From IMG/VR virus record IMGVR_UViG_3300046777_002716, positions 37,898-101,897 of that record: 64,000 nt of DNA; one strand, given 5' to 3'. Origin of the DNA: a virus. Both the position numbers and the translations under genes were made by a program. Every line of letters begins with the position of its first letter. Position 1 is the first letter of the stretch. The notes under the pieces are model-generated. The model was not told the origin of the DNA. It did not search any database and saw nothing but the letters and a program-made list of their open reading frames with translations. Positions 1 through 7,119 of the stretch are shown here, piece by piece.

Positions 1-10
1 AACTTTTTCT

Positions 11-475
11 TCAATAGTTTTCTGAAATTCCCGAAACGATTTCATAAACTTTCTTTTTCTGATGTTCTGGAATAATCTTATTTAGTTTTATGATAAGCAT
101 TCCATTTTCAAATTTTACATCAGAAATTTTTACATCATCAGAAAGAGTTCTACTCCAAGTAAATGCTCTTTTTGCAAGTCCTTTATGCAAATACTCATCA
201 GTGTCGGAGGACTCAACTTTTTTAGATTCTACAAACAACTTATTGTTTTCAGTAGAAACTTCGATATCATCTTTCTTATATCCAGCAAGAGCAAACTCCA
301 GTCTGAACTCCGTGCTGCTTTCCTTTACATAGTTATATGGTGGATAATTTGGAGAAGATTCATTTGCTGTTGCAAATCTCTGAATCCACTCATCCATTCC
401 AATTCCCCATCTTGCAGAATCATTTAGTAGTTTATCAACATCAATAGCGTATTTTACAGTTGTTGTATGAAACAT
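11..475 (-). CDS. hsp20: Small heat shock protein (Hsp20/IbpA family)
   Basis: NYPPYN, LEFALAG, YLHKGLAKRAF and FENGML motifs of the alpha-crystallin domain; follows regA as in T4-like cyanophages; AAGGAG SD. Confidence 0.96.
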   Translation of the reverse strand: MFHTTTVKYAIDVDKLLNDSARWGIGMDEWIQRFATANESSPNYPPYNYVKESSTEFRLEFALAGYKKDDIEVSTENNKLFVESKKVESSDTDEYLHKGLAKRAFTWSRTLSDDVKISDVKFENGMLIIKLNKIIPEHQKKKVYEIVSGISENY

Positions 476-565
476 GGTTTTTCTCCTTAAGTAAGCGAGT
501 TTGTAACTTAGGACCCCTAAGGCATCCGTAGCGTATGGGGGGTGCTAGCACCTCTCTCCCATCAA
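476..565 (-). promoter_or_regulatory. Structured 5' UTR of hsp20, ROSE-like RNA thermometer candidate
   Basis: Three possible hairpins; the last is CUC-G-CUU/ACUU/AAG-GAG, pairing UCGCU against the SD with a bulged G. Confidence 0.6.
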
Positions 566-585
566 TATTATATATCGAAGAATAC

Positions 586-610
586 AAAAAAGGGGAGTGT
601 TGAACTCCCC
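586..610 (-). terminator. Rho-independent terminator after regA
   Basis: GGGGAGT-TCAAC-ACTCCCC followed by T6 on the minus strand. Confidence 0.85.
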
Positions 611-616
611 ACAAAA

Positions 617-1057
617 TCATTCGGTTTCTTCTACCTTCTTTTTCTTTGCACCAATATTGTATTTGGTTTCAAGAGTCCATTCACCCTTGTCCTTATAAGA
701 CAATACTTTAATTTGATTTAAAGGAGCAATATCTTGAATTTTTGTCTCATCTACAACGGTAATCAATCCCCAATCTGCAAGAAGTTGCACAATACGATTT
801 CTGCGCTGTACATCATTTACAGTTAGATTTGCATGTTTACCGTCAAGAGCAAAAAGTTCCTTAAAACTTACAATGAAATATCTACCTTGCTTATGCAAAA
901 TATGACAAGATTGGTATAGTTTCTTTTCTTTACGAGACGCGACTCCAATTCTAGTCAAAGTTTCACGAACCTTTAGAAAATCATCAGGTTCATTTAAAAT
1001 AACTTCCACCATTTGATCAGGTGTCCAACTCACAACAGGTTCTTTAACAACGCTCAT
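617..1057 (-). CDS. regA: Translational repressor RegA
   Basis: DDFLKVRETLTRIGVAS and LYQSCHILHKQGRYFIV signatures of T4 RegA. Confidence 0.98.
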   Translation of the reverse strand: MSVVKEPVVSWTPDQMVEVILNEPDDFLKVRETLTRIGVASRKEKKLYQSCHILHKQGRYFIVSFKELFALDGKHANLTVNDVQRRNRIVQLLADWGLITVVDETKIQDIAPLNQIKVLSYKDKGEWTLETKYNIGAKKKKVEETE

Positions 1058-1440
1058 TTTTTTCCTCCAGTCTCAAATTTTGATTTAATAAAATTAAGTT
1101 GTTCTTTAGTAAGAATCCTCAAAGCGTTTTTTGCCTTTTCATTATTGTAACCATAATATCGTTTGACATATTCTAAGTCTTTGATTTCATCTTTACCGAT
1201 CCAAGGAGAAAATCCCCTATTGATCCTCAGACTATTTATAAAAAAATCATATTGCATCTTTTTAGGAAGAAAATGATATTGATTTATTTCATTAACAAAC
1301 ATCAACCTGTCAATATATCCAGATAGGCACTTATTAATAATATATGGTGAATAATCCTTTTCTGCAGAAGGATCATTATCCATTAAATTTTCTTTTGTTT
1401 TGTTGATTGAATTTAACCAATCTTTTAACTCATAAGTCAT
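1054..1440 (-). CDS. gp62: Clamp loader small subunit gp62
   Basis: LKDWLNSIN, YIINKCLS, YYGYNNEKAK motifs; immediately upstream of regA. Confidence 0.95.
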   Translation of the reverse strand: MTYELKDWLNSINKTKENLMDNDPSAEKDYSPYIINKCLSGYIDRLMFVNEINQYHFLPKKMQYDFFINSLRINRGFSPWIGKDEIKDLEYVKRYYGYNNEKAKNALRILTKEQLNFIKSKFETGGKK

Positions 1441-2495
1441 CTGATAATCTCCAAATCATTCCCTTGTTTCCAAAGTTCAAGTTCAGTTCTTAAAGTACCT
1501 TCTGCCTTAAGTTTATCGTACCTCTTAGTAGACTTTTTTTTCCACCATGCAATAACCTCTTCTGGTTCATAACCAAATTTGGAAAGATAATACCTTTTCT
1601 TCTCAGTCAAAGATTTGGCATGTTCTATGCATAGATTAAATTCATTTAATTTCGGATGATTTTTTAAAGAGTTTCTAATAATGGAAATCATCTTAGTTTG
1701 AATCTTCAATTTTTTAGATGACTTATCAGCAGATATAAGTCTTTCTCCACCATTGGCATTATTATTAAACCACCAAAACATTTCCCTAAAATAATCATCA
1801 TGAAAAAGAGGAAGAAAATTACTTTCAGTGTCCCCTATGTGTCGGATAAAAGGTTTAAGACCATCATACATGGATACCCCCTTTGTTGTACCGTATAATG
1901 AAGTTGTTTCAAAGTATTGAAGATCAGTTCCATACTTTCCATCAAATTGTCTTTTGAGTTCATTAGAAGATGCCAGTAGTGCAAGAAGTTTTCCACCAAG
2001 ATAATTATATCCAAATGGTTGAACTGGGACAATGTTAAATCCCATAACAAAATTTTTATTAATTGTCGATAATTCAAGCACCTCACCAAAATAATCGTTC
2101 CTTGGTTTAGAGTTGATTGTTGGTGATCCAAATCTAATCACCCCGACAATTTTATTAGTATTATTCTCTACTACAATCCATTTTATTGTCCTACCAGGAA
2201 TTGCTTCTTCAATAGGATTAGATGCAGTAGAGTTTAATATTTCAGAATAAAGTTCTTGATTATACTTACTCTTTGGTTTAGAACTAGTATCAACCTCATG
2301 TATGGAGAAGTCCATATCCATTGGATGAATATTAAAATCCGAAAAAATTTCATCTTCAGGTCCAAACAATTTACCTAAAGAGTTATCTAACCTACTCTTT
2401 TTTACAAATCTAAGATAATCATCAATACGATTAAATTTAGAATAGTATTGTATAAACTGATCTGCTGCCCAAATTGCATCTTCAATAGATAACAT
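1437..2495 (-). CDS. DUF4338 / Druantia DruA-like protein
   Basis: PGR..GVIRFGSP..R, VPVQPFGYNYLGGKLLALL and FETTSLYG..SMYDGL match the recalled DruA motif series (GR..LGSP..RD; PPYN.LLGGKL.A.L; TTSLYG..SQYNRL). Confidence 0.75.
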   Translation of the reverse strand: MLSIEDAIWAADQFIQYYSKFNRIDDYLRFVKKSRLDNSLGKLFGPEDEIFSDFNIHPMDMDFSIHEVDTSSKPKSKYNQELYSEILNSTASNPIEEAIPGRTIKWIVVENNTNKIVGVIRFGSPTINSKPRNDYFGEVLELSTINKNFVMGFNIVPVQPFGYNYLGGKLLALLASSNELKRQFDGKYGTDLQYFETTSLYGTTKGVSMYDGLKPFIRHIGDTESNFLPLFHDDYFREMFWWFNNNANGGERLISADKSSKKLKIQTKMISIIRNSLKNHPKLNEFNLCIEHAKSLTEKKRYYLSKFGYEPEEVIAWWKKKSTKRYDKLKAEGTLRTELELWKQGNDLEIIR

Positions 2496-2496
2496 A

Positions 2497-3084
2497 TCAA
2501 CTAACTAAAAATTTCTTTTCATATTCTAGTAATTCTTGTGGAGTCACAATATAATTACTAACAGGATCTACTGGTTTATTATACCACTGTCTACCATAGT
2601 TTCTGGTAACAAGTTTAATGTCTAGATATTGATATTTTTTATCTGTCGGAACATATACCCGATACTTTCCTCCTCTGTTAGAAGTCAAGAGAGAAAGACT
2701 TTTATTTTGTTCTGATAAAATATCAATAGTTGTACATGCGGTTTTAAATATTTGCAAATATCTATCATAATCATTGACATAAATTTCATGATTATCCATT
2801 AGCATCTGATAGATAAATTGCGGGGAATAGCAGTGATCTTTACATATTACCCATTTTGGATCACTTTTCTTTTTCTCTAATGCTTTTTCAGTAATGAATC
2901 CAGAGGGAACTGAAAGAGAATGCACAAGATCATAAAAAGGGCGAGTGATAGATCTAACTGCATCGGTTTTATTTCTATTCTTTCTCCAAAAATCAAGAAC
3001 CTCAAGATTTTTAAAATCTAAAAATGTTCTATAGCAATAAACCTCTAGACGAGATTCATTAGTAATAACTTCAATTTTCTTCAT
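2497..3084 (-). CDS. Hypothetical protein, possible His-Me finger nuclease
   Basis: 195-aa ORF tightly packed in the operon; CKDHCYSP ... TIDILSEQNKSL pattern. Confidence 0.5.
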   Translation of the reverse strand: MKKIEVITNESRLEVYCYRTFLDFKNLEVLDFWRKNRNKTDAVRSITRPFYDLVHSLSVPSGFITEKALEKKKSDPKWVICKDHCYSPQFIYQMLMDNHEIYVNDYDRYLQIFKTACTTIDILSEQNKSLSLLTSNRGGKYRVYVPTDKKYQYLDIKLVTRNYGRQWYNKPVDPVSNYIVTPQELLEYEKKFLVS

Positions 3085-3280
3085 AATCAGGTTTGTTGTA
3101 CTTCAAGTATTCATAAAAAGTCAGTTTCATCTCTTTTTGCGACATACCACAGTGCTTTGCTGCGGCAGGAAGAGTCATTTTTGCCCTAAAAAGTGCTTCA
3201 TTTGCCTCCTTCACATTTTCGGGAGTAGTCTTTACTGATTCTTCCTTTAGATCCTTATAATTAATTTTGTATGGGTTCAT
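3071..3280 (-). CDS. Small hypothetical protein, HTH-like
   Basis: MTLPAAAKHCGMSQKEM resembles a helix-turn-helix; overlaps both neighbours. Confidence 0.6.
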   Translation of the reverse strand: MNPYKINYKDLKEESVKTTPENVKEANEALFRAKMTLPAAAKHCGMSQKEMKLTFYEYLKYNKPDYEEN

Positions 3281-4236
3281 TTAAAAGTACAATCACACAT
3301 TATTTCAGTAAGACATGCCAGAAGATTAATTTCTTGGTCAGCAACAAAACTTGCCTGATATTGATACTTGGCAATTATGAGTACTGCAGAAGCAATGCCA
3401 GGACCATCTAAGTGCTCATATGCTGAATCATAGATACGACGCAAGATAATGTTAACATCATTGTCAAGGTTTGAACTAACCCATTTACGAACTTCTGGAA
3501 AATTTTTATCTTTAAGATGTTTAATTAGTTCATTTACTGTAACATCAGAAAATGATGCAAGAATACTACTATCGATTTCTCCATTAATAGAGTGTCTCTG
3601 AAGAACATTGAGTAATCTCCTAGTGTCAGGGAAATGACTCTTGATTAGTTCAACAATAACCTTTTTATCATACTTAATATTCTCTTGATCAAGAATATAG
3701 GATACTCTCTTGAAAGTATCCGCCATCATTTGTGGTTTTTGTTCCTTGGGAATTGGAGTGTACTTTAGAACAACACATCTTGACTGAATGGGTTCAATAA
3801 TTTTATTCAAATTATTGCAAGTAAAAATAAAACAAACATTGTTGTGTAGTTGCTCAATCACACCACGAAGACAGAGCATTACATCATTAGTAGTACCATC
3901 AAACTCATCAAAAAATACAACCTTTTTCTTATCACTGAACATTGAAACTGTAGTTCCAAAGTTAATTACCTGATTTCTAATAGTGTCAAGGTATCTTCCT
4001 TCAGATGAACCATTAAGAAATAGTACATCTTGCTTTGTAATTTTGCACAGTGTTTTGATAGTTTGTGTTTTACCACATCCCTGAGAACCTTGAAGGATAA
4101 GATTCTGATTTAGTTGACCTTCTTTCACTGTGCTAAGGAAAAAATCCTTAACATCATTAGAAAGAATTAAGTCTTCTACTGTTTCTGGTGCCCATTTCTC
4201 AACCCACAGAAAAGGTTTGTTATCAGTAATTTGCAT
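3277..4236 (-). CDS. gp44: Clamp loader large subunit gp44 (AAA+)
   Basis: FLWVEK, Walker A GSQGCGKT, Walker B FFDEFD, SRC motif, C-terminal FVADQEINLLACLTEIM. Confidence 0.96.
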   Translation of the reverse strand: MQITDNKPFLWVEKWAPETVEDLILSNDVKDFFLSTVKEGQLNQNLILQGSQGCGKTQTIKTLCKITKQDVLFLNGSSEGRYLDTIRNQVINFGTTVSMFSDKKKVVFFDEFDGTTNDVMLCLRGVIEQLHNNVCFIFTCNNLNKIIEPIQSRCVVLKYTPIPKEQKPQMMADTFKRVSYILDQENIKYDKKVIVELIKSHFPDTRRLLNVLQRHSINGEIDSSILASFSDVTVNELIKHLKDKNFPEVRKWVSSNLDNDVNIILRRIYDSAYEHLDGPGIASAVLIIAKYQYQASFVADQEINLLACLTEIMCDCTFK

Positions 4237-4251
4237 ATCAAAAATTAAAAA

Positions 4252-4689
4252 TCAAAAACAATATTTTTTCAAGACGTATGTAACTTTTTCTTCCTTATCC
4301 TCCATCCAATATGCTTCATGTTCAAAGTGCCTGTATTCTTTCCCATATTTGGAAACTAATTGATTAATCTCTAGTTCTTTATCTTTAGAGATTGGCATCT
4401 TAGAAATAGGAATTCCAAATTCTAAGATATTACCGAATGAATTTTTACATGATTGGGCAAAATGGACAGATTCGTGTAATAAGGTTTCATTTATTGTACT
4501 ATGAATATCCATACTGACAGATTTGATTTTGTCAGTGCAGATATTCATAGTTTTACTTTTTGAATTATACCACCCAAAAATATCATGTTGTCTACAAATT
4601 GAACCGTTTTCTACAACGTTAATTTTTTTTGAGATTAATTGGTAGACCTCATAATTAATTGGAGTAAGATAAAGTAAAAACTCCATCAT
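4252..4689 (-). CDS. Putative zincin-type metallopeptidase
   Basis: TLLHESVHFAQ (HExxH) followed by EHEAY third-ligand motif. Confidence 0.65.
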   Translation of the reverse strand: MMEFLLYLTPINYEVYQLISKKINVVENGSICRQHDIFGWYNSKSKTMNICTDKIKSVSMDIHSTINETLLHESVHFAQSCKNSFGNILEFGIPISKMPISKDKELEINQLVSKYGKEYRHFEHEAYWMEDKEEKVTYVLKKYCF

Positions 4690-5354
4690 TCAAAAGTAGA
4701 GTCTGGTTCCATAGCAATGTAATACTGTACATTAGCATTAGTATTTGTGAACTGAGAAAGAAGTTTTTTTGATACTACTACATCGTAAGCACCGGAGATA
4801 ATTTTACTGAGATTCTCAACTTTAAAGTTAAATGTAAACTCCTTGTCAGTTTCACCTACAATGATTGAATATTCATTAGAAGTGTCGGTTTTCTTATCCC
4901 GAACCACCAGTCTAATAACCCCAGCGTCACCGATAGCAGAAATATCAGGAAGTTGATAAACTGCTGCTGCCTTTACTAGTTTTTCTAGAGAACCATTTTC
5001 TAGTTGGAAACATACATCCTGGGAAGGAAGTTGAATTTCTTTTTCTGGTGGTGAAATAATCACATTGGGGTCTGCATAAAAATACTTTACCCTGCGCTTA
5101 CCTTCACGAATAGTAATATAGTTATCTTCAGCAAAATCGAGATCAGGATCTTTATGAAGACTCAAACCATTCAAGAACTGGTTTAGATCATAAATTGCAA
5201 ATTCCCTAGGAAATAACTCACTAATTTCTGCTTCTGCGAGAATATTCTTAGCAATAGAAATAGTGCGAAGTTTATTACCCTGTTTTACAAGAATTGATTG
5301 ATTAATTCCAGCAAAGTTCTTGAGAATGGTAAGAGTGTTATCAGATAGTTTCAT
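4686..5354 (-). CDS. gp45: Sliding clamp gp45
   Basis: MKLS..TL.ILKNFAGINQS, FAIYDLNQFL, C-terminal YYIAMEPDS. Confidence 0.98.
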   Translation of the reverse strand: MKLSDNTLTILKNFAGINQSILVKQGNKLRTISIAKNILAEAEISELFPREFAIYDLNQFLNGLSLHKDPDLDFAEDNYITIREGKRRVKYFYADPNVIISPPEKEIQLPSQDVCFQLENGSLEKLVKAAAVYQLPDISAIGDAGVIRLVVRDKKTDTSNEYSIIVGETDKEFTFNFKVENLSKIISGAYDVVVSKKLLSQFTNTNANVQYYIAMEPDSTFE

Positions 5355-5377
5355 AGTTTCGTATTAAAATTTTATAA

Positions 5378-5857
5378 TCAGCGGAATTCGGTCAGACCAT
5401 TATCTTTGCGCGAATAATGACCATCGAAGTGAAGCAGAAGCATTGCGTAGTGAATCACTTTAAGAAGATCGCGCTTGTTGCGTCCATCCTTATCACCATA
5501 TCGAGAACCATACTTAAGGATGTTTGCCTGACAAAAACCAGGAGCAAGGTCTTTTGCTGCCATCAGGTCAATTGTCTGAATGTCATTGTAACTTTCATTG
5601 TGACCACAGTAGTGACTACCATAAGTACTGGTCACATAGTCCTCAATATCCTTGAGGATTTTGTCTTCGTTGTATTTCCAGAGATGATTTTTAATTTCGC
5701 TCATTTTAGGATTGTTAATCAAGAATTCTAGATCGCTATGTCCCCAAGGGGTCATACTTTCGTTAACGGTGGTTTTTTCAATGTTAATCTTATCATCACT
5801 ACCAATAGAAAATTTGTATACATTGGTAATGTTTCTTTCTTCTTCAGGTCCAAACAT
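5378..5857 (-). CDS. DUF3310-family protein (T7 gp1.7-like nucleotide kinase domain)
   Basis: HY..IQTID..GFCQANILKY..RYG.K...DLLK..HY motif. Confidence 0.75.
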   Translation of the reverse strand: MFGPEEERNITNVYKFSIGSDDKINIEKTTVNESMTPWGHSDLEFLINNPKMSEIKNHLWKYNEDKILKDIEDYVTSTYGSHYCGHNESYNDIQTIDLMAAKDLAPGFCQANILKYGSRYGDKDGRNKRDLLKVIHYAMLLLHFDGHYSRKDNGLTEFR

Positions 5858-5891
5858 AATTAGGGGAGGAAGTCATAATTAACCTCCCCCA

Positions 5892-5920
5892 ATTATATCA
5901 GAATGGTTTAGCGAAGTCAA
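5892..5920 (-). promoter_or_regulatory. Sigma70-type promoter at the end of cobS
   Basis: TTGACT-17 nt-TATAAT. Confidence 0.7.
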
Positions 5921-7031
5921 CAGGCGTAGTTGCAGGTTCCACCGATTCGGTACTAGGCATCTGGAAATCCACATCCACCTTGTCATACAGTTCCAGGAAG
6001 GACTGTTTGGTTTCGTCGTCAAAGCGATTCACACAAACCTGAATTGCTTTTGCCTTATCGTTGAAGATACTGTAGGCACGAATGATGTGAACCAGACGAC
6101 GAGTGCTGATGATTTCCTCAATACCACCATCGTAGAAGGTCTTGCGGATGATGTCTGCCCAATCAACCAGACGCTTACAGAAGTTGCGGTCTTCTACACC
6201 AAGGTCCAGAGCAACTCCCTCAAGAATCTTCTGTTCCGCAGAAGGGGCAGGATAGGACTGCTCAAAGGTCACAGGGAAACGCTCAAGGAATGCTTCGTTG
6301 AGAACGTTAGTACCAATGAAACGACCATCATCAGAACCCTTACCCTTAGTGTTTGCGGTGGCAACTACGTTGAAACCAGGGGCAGGTTTCACAAAACGAC
6401 CGATTTTCTTGAGGAACACACCCTTGCCTTCAAGGATGGATTGGAGACACAGAATCTTGTTAGAGGCAAGGTCAATCTCGTCAAGAAGCAGAATAGCACC
6501 ACGCTCAAGTGCTTCAATCACGGGACCGTTATGCCAGGCAGTTTCACCATTCACCAGACGGAAACCGCCAATCAGGTCATCCTCATCAGTCTCGATGGTG
6601 ATGTTCACACGAATCAGTTCACGCTTCAGTTGAGCACACGCTTGTTCAACAGCGAACGTTTTACCGTTACCCGAAAGACCCGTAATGAACGTAGGATAGA
6701 AGAGACGGGACTGAATAATTTTTTTGATATCGTTAAAATTACCAAACTTGACGAAGGTATCATCTTTTGTAGGGATCAGATTTTGCTCAAAAGCGGGCAT
6801 AGCAGGAGGTGCTTGGAAAGTACGCTCAATTTCTTCCACTACGTCCTGGGTCACTTCCAGATTCCAGCGACCACGATTGGTTTTATATTTTTCAAGGCGA
6901 CGAGTAACAGTGGGATAAGAAAGGTTGTTAGCAGCACAGAAACCTTTGATATCACCAGAAGTGATTTCAGTACCAAAACTTTGCTTCAGATTATCGATGA
7001 GTTGTTGTTCAGTCATTTTTTGGCGAGGCAT
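5898..7031 (-). CDS. cobS: CobS-like MoxR-type AAA+ ATPase
   Basis: Walker A GLSGNGKT, Walker B LLLDEID, ATANTKGKG, NEAFLERF, STRRL. ATG at 7031 preferred over TTG at 7055 because the -10 box lies at 7064-7069. Confidence 0.92.
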   Translation of the reverse strand: MPRQKMTEQQLIDNLKQSFGTEITSGDIKGFCAANNLSYPTVTRRLEKYKTNRGRWNLEVTQDVVEEIERTFQAPPAMPAFEQNLIPTKDDTFVKFGNFNDIKKIIQSRLFYPTFITGLSGNGKTFAVEQACAQLKRELIRVNITIETDEDDLIGGFRLVNGETAWHNGPVIEALERGAILLLDEIDLASNKILCLQSILEGKGVFLKKIGRFVKPAPGFNVVATANTKGKGSDDGRFIGTNVLNEAFLERFPVTFEQSYPAPSAEQKILEGVALDLGVEDRNFCKRLVDWADIIRKTFYDGGIEEIISTRRLVHIIRAYSIFNDKAKAIQVCVNRFDDETKQSFLELYDKVDVDFQMPSTESVEPATTPVDFAKPF

Positions 7032-7063
7032 AATGAAGGGTGTTGTTGTTTTCAACTGAAGTA

Positions 7064-7118
7064 ATTATAACAGGATGGTGGGGAGCGGGATGCTCCCCGT
7101 GGACGGTTTGGAAAGTGG
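7064..7118 (-). promoter_or_regulatory. Putative early promoter: CCACTTTCCAAAC box, hairpin, -10 box
   Basis: CCACTTTCCAAACCGTCCAC, then GGGGAGC/GCTCCCC hairpin, then TATAAT; same architecture at 9322-9376. Confidence 0.65.
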
Positions 7119-7119
7119 A

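Noticed and set aside
541-552. GGTGCTAGCACC palindrome upstream of hsp20 resembling CIRCE half-sites
   Set aside because: CIRCE needs TTAGCACTC-N9-GAGTGCTAA; orientation and spacing are wrong, and it is better explained as an RNA stem
1437-2495. Complete Druantia defence system
   Set aside because: Only a DruA-like gene is present; no DruE helicase or DruB-D in the window
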